From Candidatus Poribacteria bacterium (GTDB taxonomy: Bacteria; Poribacteria; WGA-4E; WGA-3G), in contig CBDBFU010000015.1 in assembly GCA_965205025.1 (NCBI GenBank), positions 288,001 to 352,000 of the forward strand: a stretch of DNA of 64,000 nucleotides. Direction: 5' to 3'. Shown here piece after piece: positions 47,703 through 57,905 of the stretch. The notes beneath the pieces were generated by a model, which was not told where the DNA came from, did not search any database, and was given only the letters and a program-made list of their open reading frames with translations. The position numbers were made by a program, and so were the translations under genes. Every line of letters begins with the position of its first letter. The stretch's first letter is position 1.

Positions 47703-47930
47703 TTATACATCCTTATTAGGGTTAGCACGTTTGTAGTGATAGAATACAGTACCCCCTACTACACCGAATACGGTGAATGGCATAGCCATCATAAAAAGAA
47801 CACTCCAATTAAAACCCTTTGCGATGGGTTCATCTAATTCTTTACAAGCAGGACATGCCTCAAGTGTAATGGGAATTGCTAAAATTACAAACCCAAGAAT
47901 GATTATCCATAGAAGACTTTTTTGTAACAT
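47703..47930 (-). CDS. Small membrane protein with CxxC in the cox cluster
   Basis: Signal-like N-terminus, ACPACKE, then TM GFNWSVLFMMAMPF. Confidence 0.75.
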   Translation of the reverse strand: MLQKSLLWIIILGFVILAIPITLEACPACKELDEPIAKGFNWSVLFMMAMPFTVFGVVGGTVFYHYKRANPNKDV

Positions 47931-47939
47931 ACATTTATC

Positions 47940-48530
47940 CTATGCCAGATATACTAATATATAGAGAATTGGCCAAAGAGCGACAACATAAATCCAATAT
48001 ATCGTACAGGTTTCTACACCAGTATGATGTGTGTGAGAGTACTTTAATGCTATAGCCTTTCCTGTAACTACCGCTAACCAGATTACAGCACCGAATACAT
48101 GGACAGCATGACATCCAATCAGTACATAGAAGATACCGCCATATATACCAGATTGTAATGTCAATCCTTTACCGATTAGTTGAATCCATTCACTTCCTTG
48201 AATCCCTAAGAAGAGTAGACCTAATACTCCAGTGAAAATCAACATATTTCGGAGTTGCTTAATTCTATCTTTCTGTATAGCACGCAACGCTTGAAACATT
48301 GTATATCCACTTATAATCAACAACACGGTGTTTATCCCTGTGACCAATCGTGGAAGATTAATTTCAGCGTGCGATAAAGGTGGCCAAGTAACACTCCCCA
48401 TTCTAAATACAAGAAAAGCACCAATCAAACCTACAAACAACATCGTCTCAGCACCGAGTAAGATAAAAATAGCCAATTTTGCATTACTCAATGGTCGACT
48501 TTCAGTTATTTCAATGTGAGTATGATTCAT
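47940..48530 (-). CDS. ctaE: Cytochrome c oxidase subunit III, copy 1
   Basis: KLAIFILLGAETMLF, NTVLLIISG, FYVLIGCHAVHV, YWIYVVALW. Confidence 0.85.
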   Translation of the reverse strand: MNHTHIEITESRPLSNAKLAIFILLGAETMLFVGLIGAFLVFRMGSVTWPPLSHAEINLPRLVTGINTVLLIISGYTMFQALRAIQKDRIKQLRNMLIFTGVLGLLFLGIQGSEWIQLIGKGLTLQSGIYGGIFYVLIGCHAVHVFGAVIWLAVVTGKAIALKYSHTHHTGVETCTIYWIYVVALWPILYILVYLA

Positions 48531-48548
48531 CTTTTCGAGTCTGTTCTC

Positions 48549-48830
48549 TTATCTTCCAGTTAATTGCCTTAATAGTCGAAATAATCGTCCAAATAATTGA
48601 TGAGTCGCCTTAATAATTGAAGAAATTATCATTATAAGTCCAGGACCAATTAGGAATATCCCAATCCCAGTTGCGACTATTGTCGTAACCCCAGAAACGA
48701 TAGTTTTAATTAGAGGAGGAACATCAACCTGCAAGATAATCCATAATGTTGCGAAGGCAAATAATACCAGAAACAGTAACCCTAAAAGCATTCCAAGCTT
48801 CAAATTTGCTATACGTCTCTCTTGTTGCAT
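48549..48830 (-). CDS. Small two-TM membrane protein
   Basis: Co-oriented within the operon; hydrophobic; AAGGTG RBS. Confidence 0.65.
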   Translation of the reverse strand: MQQERRIANLKLGMLLGLLFLVLFAFATLWIILQVDVPPLIKTIVSGVTTIVATGIGIFLIGPGLIMIISSIIKATHQLFGRLFRLLRQLTGR

Positions 48831-48852
48831 AAATTCACCTTTATATATTTAC

Positions 48853-49782
48853 CTATATTTTATCAATTACCATTGCTATAAAAAGAAGTGGTAGATGGAT
48901 TAACGATGCATATAGGACATAACGTGCTGCCTTCAAAGAATGTGTTTTCTGTAGATAGATTCCACTGACAAGAAACATTCCACCAATGAGTAGTGCTGCA
49001 AGAAAATAGAACCCGCCTGCAATGCTGAACATTGTCGGTAGTAATCCTATACCGAATAGAGCGAGACAGTTAACTACTATTTGCCTCCGTGTACTTTTGC
49101 CATCAGGATGTATGACAGGTAGCAACTTTAGACCTGCATTTGCATAATCTTCGCGGTAGATATATGCAATGGCGAGTGAATGTGGCAATTGCCATAAAAA
49201 GAGTATTGCGAACAATACCCATGCTTGGCCCGATAGACTACCTTGTGCTGCAACCCATCCAACGACGGGGGGTAATGCCCCTGGAAATGCTCCGATAAGT
49301 GTACATAGGGATGTTTTTTGTTTTAATGGTGTATATACAAACAGATAACTGACGACTATAAGTGAAATGACAAATCCACTTATTGGATTAACTATGAACG
49401 TTAGATATAACATTCCCCCTGCAGTGAGAACGGTACAGAACAGGAGTGCTTGCATAGGAAATATTCTTCCCGCGGGAATAGGTCTCTCCTGTGTTCGCTT
49501 CATCTGAGAATCTATATCGCGTTCAAGATATTGATTCAATCCTAAGACACCAGCAGCAGTTAACCCTGATCCGATAAGGGTATGTAGAAACATCAACCAA
49601 TCCACAGTGTTTTGTGAACCAAGATAGTATCCTGCAGCAGTAGTAATCAGTATCATTACTACCATTCTGGGTTTAATGAGTTCAATATAATCCTCAACTC
49701 TTTTAGCAAATACAGAGGATTTCGTTGAGGATTGTATATTATCTGTGTCAGGTAATGGAACTGTTGTATAACGCATATTCAC
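48853..49782 (-). CDS. ctaB: Heme o synthase (protoheme IX farnesyltransferase)
   Basis: LIKPR, NQYLERDIDSQMKRTQERPIPAG, YTPLK, GALPPVVGW, WQLPH. Confidence 0.95.
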   Translation of the reverse strand: MNMRYTTVPLPDTDNIQSSTKSSVFAKRVEDYIELIKPRMVVMILITTAAGYYLGSQNTVDWLMFLHTLIGSGLTAAGVLGLNQYLERDIDSQMKRTQERPIPAGRIFPMQALLFCTVLTAGGMLYLTFIVNPISGFVISLIVVSYLFVYTPLKQKTSLCTLIGAFPGALPPVVGWVAAQGSLSGQAWVLFAILFLWQLPHSLAIAYIYREDYANAGLKLLPVIHPDGKSTRRQIVVNCLALFGIGLLPTMFSIAGGFYFLAALLIGGMFLVSGIYLQKTHSLKAARYVLYASLIHLPLLFIAMVIDKI

Positions 49783-50756
49783 TCTGTGACCAATTTATTG
49801 CCAATTGTTGTTTCCACAGGTATTGAGGATAATCTTGACCGAAACAATTTTAATGTCATAACAAAACTACTCACCAACATCAGTGCACCAACAGCGACAT
49901 GGGTAGTGGTAATTAGATCCGTTAGAACAGTAGATATTGTTTCTCCAATAAATGTCAATCTTGTTAGATAGGCACCAATTCCGAGTATAATCTGTACTCC
50001 TACTAATCCAAGTAAGACTAAAGGTAATCTCCCGCTAATTTCATGTGATTCATTTGCTACAGTAAAAAATCGTCTGATAAACAAAAAAATATGAAGCGTA
50101 ATCAATAGGGCAAAAAGTATATGTATACCTATTAAAATATATAAAAGAAGTGTTGAACTTAGTTTACTCCCAATATGTCGTAACAATGCTCCGAATATCA
50201 GTTGAATATATATAAGACATGTTGTTAGTAGACTTAATCTTTGTAATCTCTTTGTATTTTGGCTATTATCTACACCATCTGTTTGTTTAGTGTTTGTATA
50301 CCATTTGCGTGATGTAAACCAACTAATTCCGCACAATAATGCGAAAAATGCTTGTGCCAAACAGGCATGTAGAATTGCTAAAGTAATGCTGAGTTCAGTT
50401 ACCCGAAGTCCACCAAGAACCCCTTGAATTATTACTGCGATCAGTGCTACTAATCCAAGCCATTTCAACCACCTTCGGGTGTCTATTGCTAATAACATTA
50501 CCAACAAGGTAATCGTCAACAATCCAACAAGTGATCCCATCAATCGATGACTGTGTTCATATAATATGCCTCCCACCATTTCTGATAATGGGTAGAGAAA
50601 CATGTTATACCCAAAGGTTGTTGGCCAATCTGGAACAGCCAAACCTGATTCAGTACTTGTAACAATTCCTCCTATTACAATCAATAGGAAGGTTGCTCCT
50701 GCAGTGAGAACTGCAACCCTGTGTAACCAAGGATTATAACGGATTTCGTCATTCAT
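49779..50756 (-). CDS. ctaA: Heme a synthase (COX15/CtaA)
   Basis: GGIVTSTESGLAVPDWP, EHSHR, QGVLGGLRV, conserved His residues. Confidence 0.9.
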   Translation of the reverse strand: MNDEIRYNPWLHRVAVLTAGATFLLIVIGGIVTSTESGLAVPDWPTTFGYNMFLYPLSEMVGGILYEHSHRLMGSLVGLLTITLLVMLLAIDTRRWLKWLGLVALIAVIIQGVLGGLRVTELSITLAILHACLAQAFFALLCGISWFTSRKWYTNTKQTDGVDNSQNTKRLQRLSLLTTCLIYIQLIFGALLRHIGSKLSSTLLLYILIGIHILFALLITLHIFLFIRRFFTVANESHEISGRLPLVLLGLVGVQIILGIGAYLTRLTFIGETISTVLTDLITTTHVAVGALMLVSSFVMTLKLFRSRLSSIPVETTIGNKLVTE

Positions 50757-50797
50757 ACAGAATCCCGCAGAAGCATCTTCCTATGACTCATGTTCAA

Positions 50798-52735
50798 CTA
50801 ATCACCACCAGTCGCGGGTGCATGTTCAGGTTGTGCTTGTGGAATCCAATCTGATTCTTCTCCAGGGACACTATATTCATAAGGTCCTCGGTATACAGTA
50901 GGAATTTGTGCAAAATTGCCATGTGGTACAGGAGTCGGTGCTTCCCATTCCAATGTAGTTACATTCCATGGATTCTTTTCTGCGACCTTGCCACGCGCCA
51001 TACTCCAGAAGAAGTTGAATAAAAGGATTAATTGGGCAAAACCGAGTGTAAAAGCACTCATCGTTATAAAGATATTAATACCTTGTAATCCTTGCAAGAA
51101 CTCGTACTGCATTGGATTTGAAATCCGACGCATATGTCCACCAACGCCGAGTATGTGCATTGGGAAAAATGTGCAATTGAAAGAGATGAATGTTAACCAG
51201 AAATGTATTTTTGATAAGGTATCATTCATATATCTTCCATACATTTTTGGGAACCAGTAGATGATTCCGCCAAAGATTGCAAAGAGACTTCCCCCGAAAA
51301 CAACATAGTGAATATGTGCAACAATGTAGTAGGTATCATGAATATAGATATCTACCGGTGTGTTTGCCATGTAGATACCACTCAATCCACCAATTACGAA
51401 CATTGAAACGAAGGCGATACCATGTAGCATAGGTGTTGTAAACCGTATAGAACCACGGAACAACGTACCCAACCAGTTGAATGTCTTAATAGCCGAAGGG
51501 ACAGCAATAAGCATTGTTGTGGTCATGAAAAATGCCCCAAGACCAGGTTGCATACCACTTTGGAACATATGGTGTCCCCAAACAATCCAACCCAAGAATG
51601 CGATTGCAATCATAGCATACACCATAGAGCGATAACCGAAGATTGGTTTTCTTGAGAAGACTGGAAGAATCTCAGAGGCGATACCCATTCCGGGTAAAAT
51701 AAGGATGTATACTTCAGGGTGTCCGAAAAACCAGAACAAGTGTTGCCACAGTAGCGGGTCACCTCCCCCTTCAGCGGTTGAAGTGAAGAATGTTGTTCCG
51801 GCAAGTCTATCAAAGATGAGAAGTGCTAATGCTGAGGACAGTACGGGAAATGCCAGTAGCAGAAGGATTGCGACGACAAATAAGGACCATATAACTAATG
51901 GTAACCGGAAAAAGGTCATTCCCGGTGCACGCATATTTATTACAGTTGTAATATAGTTAATCGAACCTACTAATGATGAGAATCCTTGAATTAACAGACT
52001 GATTGCCCATAGATTTTGTCCCCAATCGACACCTGTCCACTGCGGATCAGCGGATAGCGGGGCATATCCAGTCCAACCGGCTGCAGCGTGTCCTCCCGGT
52101 ACAAAAAAGCCTGCGGTCATTATAACTGCTGCCAGTACAGCCAGCCAGAAAGAGAGCATATTTAGAACTGGGAACGCCATATCCCGTGTTCCAATCATCA
52201 GTGGAATTAGGAAGTTCCCAAATGCCCCCACAAGGATTGGCACAACAACGAAAAAGACCATAATGGTGGCATGCATTGTAAATAGCATGTTGTAGAACGC
52301 AGGTTCAATAACACCACTTGGCATGTTAACTTCGATCCATTCTTCCTTATCCGAATCGAAGATCTTTTCCCACATCTTATCAGCCCCGGTGACAACTTCT
52401 CCTTCATCAATATACTGTTGAGAAGCCCCGATTATGGGAAGAGGTTTTTCTGGGTAAGCAAGTTGCCATCTAAAGAGTAAGGCAAGTCCACCACCTACAA
52501 AGAACATAATCAGACCGTAGATAAGGAATTGCTTCCCAATCATCTTGTGGTCAAGTGAGAAGATATATTTACTTATGAAACTTTCTTCGTGATGATGGTC
52601 ATGGTCGTGTTCGTGGTCATGGTCGTGATCATGGTCAACATCATGGTCATGTGATTCTGTAGCATTGTCACCATTCGCAGGCAGATGGTGTTCATCATTA
52701 TCATTTTCATGTGACATATTTTCATTTTCTTGCAT
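50798..52735 (-). CDS. ctaD: Cytochrome c oxidase subunit I, A1 type
   Basis: DHKMIG, TMHATIM, WFFGHPEVY, VWGHHMF, HDTYYIVAHIHYV, MRRI. Confidence 0.96.
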   Translation of the reverse strand: MQENENMSHENDNDEHHLPANGDNATESHDHDVDHDHDHDHEHDHDHHHEESFISKYIFSLDHKMIGKQFLIYGLIMFFVGGGLALLFRWQLAYPEKPLPIIGASQQYIDEGEVVTGADKMWEKIFDSDKEEWIEVNMPSGVIEPAFYNMLFTMHATIMVFFVVVPILVGAFGNFLIPLMIGTRDMAFPVLNMLSFWLAVLAAVIMTAGFFVPGGHAAAGWTGYAPLSADPQWTGVDWGQNLWAISLLIQGFSSLVGSINYITTVINMRAPGMTFFRLPLVIWSLFVVAILLLLAFPVLSSALALLIFDRLAGTTFFTSTAEGGGDPLLWQHLFWFFGHPEVYILILPGMGIASEILPVFSRKPIFGYRSMVYAMIAIAFLGWIVWGHHMFQSGMQPGLGAFFMTTTMLIAVPSAIKTFNWLGTLFRGSIRFTTPMLHGIAFVSMFVIGGLSGIYMANTPVDIYIHDTYYIVAHIHYVVFGGSLFAIFGGIIYWFPKMYGRYMNDTLSKIHFWLTFISFNCTFFPMHILGVGGHMRRISNPMQYEFLQGLQGINIFITMSAFTLGFAQLILLFNFFWSMARGKVAEKNPWNVTTLEWEAPTPVPHGNFAQIPTVYRGPYEYSVPGEESDWIPQAQPEHAPATGGD

Positions 52736-52802
52736 AATTATCTTTACTCCTTTCGTAACCTATCAATCCTAAACCTGTTATGTTAGGTCACTCCTATAGA
52801 GT

Positions 52803-53468
52803 TTATTGAGGAGGCCACCTTTCTGCCTTCCAAGCATCGTAATCGGCTTGTGAATGAACAGTTAGATATCCAAGCATACCAGAATGTTGGAATCCACATA
52901 GTTCAGCACATGGAATTTCAAATTTACCTGGTTTCGTTGCTTCAAACCAGACAGTGATGAATCTGTTTGGTAATGCATCCTGTTTTAGTCGTAAATTTGG
53001 AACAAAAAAACTATGGATTACATCAATGGATGTTAGGTGTATATGTACAACTTTGTCTTCAGGAACATGTAATTGGTTTTCTAATTCGAGGTCATCTTCA
53101 GTGCCAAATTCACCATCTGGACCTGGATAAGTCATATCCCAGTTAAATTGTTTGGCACTAACCTGAACTATAACTTCTGGAGGTGGTAAATCTGTTGGTG
53201 ATTTTATTTTATTCCATTGTGGATAACTAAACAAAGCTAAACCAAAAACAATAACCGTTGTCACAGTTGTCCAAAGAATTTCTAACTTTGTACTACCCTC
53301 AATATAGGTTGCCTTATGTCCTGGTCTGTGACGGTATAAGATGAGAAAAGCAATGAGTGTAACCGTCACCGAAATAAAGGCAATCAAAGTAATCCAATAG
53401 ATTAACATGAAGAGTTCATCAACGCCTTGTCCGAACGTTGAGACGTTTTCAGGGAGCCATTTGTCCAT
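52803..53468 (-). CDS. ctaC: Cytochrome c oxidase subunit II (CuA, no fused cytochrome c)
   Basis: DVIHSF, CAELCGFQHSGM. ATG at 53468 is spaced 6 nt from AAGGAG. Confidence 0.95.
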   Translation of the reverse strand: MDKWLPENVSTFGQGVDELFMLIYWITLIAFISVTVTLIAFLILYRHRPGHKATYIEGSTKLEILWTTVTTVIVFGLALFSYPQWNKIKSPTDLPPPEVIVQVSAKQFNWDMTYPGPDGEFGTEDDLELENQLHVPEDKVVHIHLTSIDVIHSFFVPNLRLKQDALPNRFITVWFEATKPGKFEIPCAELCGFQHSGMLGYLTVHSQADYDAWKAERWPPQ

Positions 53469-53547
53469 CAAATTCTCCTTAACATGTGCACATTAATTTG
53501 TTTTGCCACTTTATTTAAAGTGCACTTTGAATTCTTTTCCGAATCGT

Positions 53548-54330
53548 TCAAATTCTTTTGGAGGACGCTGTTAACGTAGCCCCCAAATAAGTCAATACAC
53601 AAAAAATAGATATAATAATTATAGAGAGTGTCAAAGATGGTATGTTCTCCATCTGTTGATATGTGTTTTTATATATACCAGACCTAAAAGCTGCAAGTCC
53701 GTATGTCAAAGGATTTAATTTCATAACCCATTCCAACCAGATGGGTGTTCCAACAGTTGGGAAGAATGCCCCTGAGAGCAACCAAATGGGGATGAGTATA
53801 AGGTTCATTATTGCATGAAAACCTTGTGTAGAATCCATTCGCCATGCAATGATTAAACCAAGGTTCGTTAAACCAAACGCCAAAAGTGCCATTACACCAA
53901 CAGTAATTATGATGGATGTAATGCTGAATTTAATACCGATTAGCGGTGCAAGACATAGTAGAAGGATACCTTGAAGAAGTGCTAATGATGTTCCACCTAA
54001 AGCCTGTCCGAGCACAATACTTCCGCGTGACACAGGCGATACGAGTACACTTTGAAGGAATCCTTCACGGCGTTCATTTACGACAGAGATTGTAGCGAAT
54101 ATGGCTGTGAAAAGCAATACTAAAACAACTATGCCGGGATAAAAGTATTCAATATATCCTATATCTTCATTGAATCCTGACGGTTGAAATGATGCATTAA
54201 GACCGCTACCAATGAGAATCCAAAATACTAAGGGTTGTGCGATAGCACTGAGAAGTCTACTTCGCTGACGATAAAATCTGATGATTTCGCGCCACCAGAT
54301 AGTTGAAACTGGTACCAGAATGTTAACCAC
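53548..54330 (-). CDS. ABC-2 type transporter permease
   Basis: ERREGFLQSVLVSPVSR, LSGAFFP, NPLTY. Confidence 0.9.
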   Translation of the reverse strand: MVNILVPVSTIWWREIIRFYRQRSRLLSAIAQPLVFWILIGSGLNASFQPSGFNEDIGYIEYFYPGIVVLVLLFTAIFATISVVNERREGFLQSVLVSPVSRGSIVLGQALGGTSLALLQGILLLCLAPLIGIKFSITSIIITVGVMALLAFGLTNLGLIIAWRMDSTQGFHAIMNLILIPIWLLSGAFFPTVGTPIWLEWVMKLNPLTYGLAAFRSGIYKNTYQQMENIPSLTLSIIIISIFCVLTYLGATLTASSKRI

Positions 54331-54342
54331 TTTGTGTATTCC

Positions 54343-55260
54343 TTACACAAATTTGTTTCCTGTCAACTTAATAAAGACATCTTCCAAAGTAGGTTTGCTC
54401 AACCGAACACTCAGTATGTCATCAGGAAAAGCTACCATTATATCTTTTACGAATTCATTAGCACGAGTAGATTCAATATGTATGAAATCTTCAGTTATTG
54501 TAGTAGAAACACCAAACTTATCCTCAATCGCATTAGATAAGGATCGACTATTTCTTGTCTCTACCGACACCACATCTCCCCCAATTTTTGATTTGAGTTC
54601 GTCAGGAGTTCCGAGTGCAACTAATCGTCCTTCATCCAATATAGCAACTCGAGTACATTCATCCGCTTCATCCATGAGATGGGTTGTGAGTAAAATAGAA
54701 ATATCTTCATTCTCTGCCAAAATAGAAAGATATTCACTCAGTTGTTTTCGAACTCCTATGTCCAACCCACTACTTGGTTCGTCAAGTAATAATACTTGTG
54801 GAGAATGAAGTAGTGCTTTTGCTATTTCTACTCGTCTTTGTAATCCTCCAGATAATTCTTCTACAAGATCTTTTTTTCTATCATTTAAATCAAACTGAAT
54901 TAGAAGTTCATTGATCTTGTGGTTAAGTTGTCTACCTCTAAGTCCGTATAAATGTCCTTGATGTCTTAAATTCTCAATAACAGTTAACTTAACATCCAAT
55001 GCTGGACGTTGAAAAACAACCCCTAATAGTTTTCTAATTAATTTCTGTTCTGTATATATGTCATGTCCAAATATATTGATAACCCCTGCAGTTGGTGTTA
55101 TCAATGTAGACAGAATCTTAAAAAGGGTTGTCTTACCACTCCCATTTGGACCGAGAAATCCAAATACTTCGCCACGGGATACGGAGAAATTAACATGATC
55201 TAACGCACACCGTGTGTCGTAAGTGTGCGTTAGATTTTCAACCGTAATATGATTACTCAC
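54343..55260 (-). CDS. ABC transporter ATP-binding protein
   Basis: GPNGSGKTT, LSGGLQRR, LLLDEP, LLTTH. Confidence 0.95.
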   Translation of the reverse strand: MSNHITVENLTHTYDTRCALDHVNFSVSRGEVFGFLGPNGSGKTTLFKILSTLITPTAGVINIFGHDIYTEQKLIRKLLGVVFQRPALDVKLTVIENLRHQGHLYGLRGRQLNHKINELLIQFDLNDRKKDLVEELSGGLQRRVEIAKALLHSPQVLLLDEPSSGLDIGVRKQLSEYLSILAENEDISILLTTHLMDEADECTRVAILDEGRLVALGTPDELKSKIGGDVVSVETRNSRSLSNAIEDKFGVSTTITEDFIHIESTRANEFVKDIMVAFPDDILSVRLSKPTLEDVFIKLTGNKFV

Positions 55261-55266
55261 ACCATG

Positions 55267-56055
55267 CTACTTGTTAACTTTTACAGAAAAATCCTGCTTG
55301 GTTTCTTCACCAGATTTGACAGTTACGGACATTGGGTCTTTATTATTATTGCCACAGTATTCATGCCAATACCCTAATTTATATGTTCCAGCCGGAACAT
55401 CTTCGAGTGTGAATTCACCCTTCTCATTTGTCACTGCAAAGTATGGATGTGGTACATAAGCGATCCACGCCTTCATCCAACCGTGTATATCACACTTCAC
55501 TTCTACGGGACCTTCAGCTTTTTTGACACCGGGGAGTGGCATTCTTCTCCGGGTTTTTGTTTGCTGCTTGTTTACCGGTTTATTGACAGAACTGAATATA
55601 TGAACGTTATGATTAATTTTATCAGTATTTAACATCGTTATGCGTTCACCTACTGGGACAATTTGGACATGTGGACTGAATTTACATCCCTTTTGGTCAA
55701 TTTCTATTTTTGCTTCTTTGTCAAAATCTTTTCCTTTGGAAATGTCGATCAAGTAGACAATCGTATTTTTCAATACATTTCCTTCACCGACGACAAGGGA
55801 TTCATCAAACTTATCTTCAGCACCACAAACCTTTTCGTCCTTAGTAATTTCAAGCTTTTTCTTTTCAGGTATTTCACCGTTGAACTTAACAACACCTGTG
55901 ATTTTACCACCAGCACTAACTGACATTGTAGTATACTTTTCTGGAAATACAAGTTTATTCATATCTTCATCTTTCTCGTGATGGGATGCGAAAACAATTA
56001 GACCAAAACTACACACGAGAAGAACTGCAAGTGAAGTCAACAATTTAGTCTTCAT
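55267..56055 (-). CDS. Exported carboxypeptidase-regulatory-like/cupredoxin-like protein
   Basis: Signal peptide; DQKGCKFSPHV, HNVH, CDIHGWM, HPYFAVT, GTYKLGYWHE. Confidence 0.8.
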   Translation of the reverse strand: MKTKLLTSLAVLLVCSFGLIVFASHHEKDEDMNKLVFPEKYTTMSVSAGGKITGVVKFNGEIPEKKKLEITKDEKVCGAEDKFDESLVVGEGNVLKNTIVYLIDISKGKDFDKEAKIEIDQKGCKFSPHVQIVPVGERITMLNTDKINHNVHIFSSVNKPVNKQQTKTRRRMPLPGVKKAEGPVEVKCDIHGWMKAWIAYVPHPYFAVTNEKGEFTLEDVPAGTYKLGYWHEYCGNNNKDPMSVTVKSGEETKQDFSVKVNK

Positions 56056-56147
56056 TTTTTATCTCCTTAGTATTCGATGCACATTTGTTTATATGATGCA
56101 CCATTATTAACTGTATATCTAATTAAGATGTATGATATATCTTATGT

Positions 56148-57905
56148 TTACTGCTCTATATCTTTTTCAACAGATACAGAGTTTCTTCGTAGAACAAATC
56201 CGCGTAAACCGAACAATAAACCAACAGAAAGTAGAGCAACGATGGGTGGATAGATGAATCGTCTGGATGATGGAACAGGTTCCAATACAAAAGAATACCA
56301 ACTCGACATTACTCTTTTTATGTCTTTATCCCCATTCGCACCATCCCATGCTGAAAATGCGATTGGAACAAAAACACCCGATTCAAGTTGTAGATCTTTT
56401 TTGTCATCAGTTGCTAACGTTCGTTTTACCCATAACCTATATTGTCCGTTGTCGTATTCACCCTTGACATTTAGGTCGCCTTGCTTCTCTTGAACAGTTA
56501 CATTATTGACTCCTTTTACTGTTAGTTCTGTAATCTGATCTTTTGCAGAAGCTTTCCATTGCCAAACATAGACAGCCTTTTTTCCTCCCCATAGGAAATA
56601 AGGCTTTTCATCCGTTGGACTTTTGGGAGGTTTTACTGGAAACTGAATTGCAATTCCATCCTCATAGGATGTGCCTGTATCTTCGTTTTCTTCCATTTCA
56701 GTATTATGTGTCCGATCATCCCAAATAAAAAGGAAAGCAACTTCTGTATCGTTATAAAAGGACTTTACTCTTACAGAGTCAATCGTTGGATTGAATTGTC
56801 GTGGTTCAATAACAACCTGTCCAACAAGAGGATAATAACTTTCTTGAAGTGTATCCCATGCCTCATCACCTAATATTGGAAGATCCTCCGTCCTGTACTG
56901 TGATCGTAGGACGTTGTTTCCGATAGCAGTTTCAGGACGTTTTTCAGGTGAAAGAGATTTCACATAGTTTGCGAGATGCCAACTTTTTTCATAGACGATT
57001 TTCATTGCATCATCATAAATTTTTTGTGCTTCAGGTGTGAGTTCAGTTCCTTCAGCCAGATCTAATAGTGCCTCTACAGCTACATCCATTTTCTCATATA
57101 ATTTACCTGACTCTTCCTCCTCTTCAGGTGTCATTTCATCTTTATTTTCCATTTCAGAAAGTCGTTTAGATTCTTCTTTTGTTAATCCGAAATGTTCAAA
57201 ACTATCCCCTTCAAAAGCTGGCATAGGCGATCCTGCAATTCCACCAATAAACCTTTTAAATATATCCTCGGTATCCGTCCCTCCCCTAAAGTTCCAATTC
57301 TCAGCGAGATTTGCAGGCCATGTCCGGAATCCCCATTCATCTGTTAGTGTAGCGGCAGATGTTCCATCACCTCTTCCAACGTTTCCATGACATTCTATAC
57401 AACCTTGAGCCGTATATAGAACTTTCCCTATTTCAACACTTTCTTCCGAGTAGGGTATCTTATCTTTTAGACTGATCTGTCGAGGTGGAGTTTCACTTTC
57501 TTTAAAGCCATCATAGAAGGTCTTAATATAACTGACTACTTCCCATCGTTCATCAGCTTTGAGTTGTGTTTCCCAACCCGGCATTGACGAACCCGGCATA
57601 CCTTCCGTGATAATATCAAACAGGTCTTGATCTGTTGGAAGTTCTCCACTCTCAGTGGATCTTATTTTATATAATCCACGCGTAAAATCTCTTGGTTTTG
57701 GTAGCAGGTTTTCTGCAGCACTACCATCTCCCCGCCCTTCAATACCGTGGCAATGTGCACAACTTTCTTCATATACTTCCTTACCTTCGGCAGAAACTTC
57801 TGGAGCGTCTTGTGTATATACCTGTATTGATATAAATAAGGTAAAACCTATTAAAATAGATAGAAGGACAAATACTTTTCTAAACACTTTAGTGTCCCTC
57901 CCCAA
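56148..57905 (-). CDS. Diheme cytochrome c with C-terminal EB_dh-like (DMSO-reductase gamma-type) domain and TM anchor
   Basis: CAHCH and CIECH; KPRDFT, GSSMP; C-terminal DGIAIQFP..KPYFLWG..VWQWKA..IAFSAWDG. Confidence 0.85.
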   Translation of the reverse strand: MGRDTKVFRKVFVLLSILIGFTLFISIQVYTQDAPEVSAEGKEVYEESCAHCHGIEGRGDGSAAENLLPKPRDFTRGLYKIRSTESGELPTDQDLFDIITEGMPGSSMPGWETQLKADERWEVVSYIKTFYDGFKESETPPRQISLKDKIPYSEESVEIGKVLYTAQGCIECHGNVGRGDGTSAATLTDEWGFRTWPANLAENWNFRGGTDTEDIFKRFIGGIAGSPMPAFEGDSFEHFGLTKEESKRLSEMENKDEMTPEEEEESGKLYEKMDVAVEALLDLAEGTELTPEAQKIYDDAMKIVYEKSWHLANYVKSLSPEKRPETAIGNNVLRSQYRTEDLPILGDEAWDTLQESYYPLVGQVVIEPRQFNPTIDSVRVKSFYNDTEVAFLFIWDDRTHNTEMEENEDTGTSYEDGIAIQFPVKPPKSPTDEKPYFLWGGKKAVYVWQWKASAKDQITELTVKGVNNVTVQEKQGDLNVKGEYDNGQYRLWVKRTLATDDKKDLQLESGVFVPIAFSAWDGANGDKDIKRVMSSWYSFVLEPVPSSRRFIYPPIVALLSVGLLFGLRGFVLRRNSVSVEKDIEQ

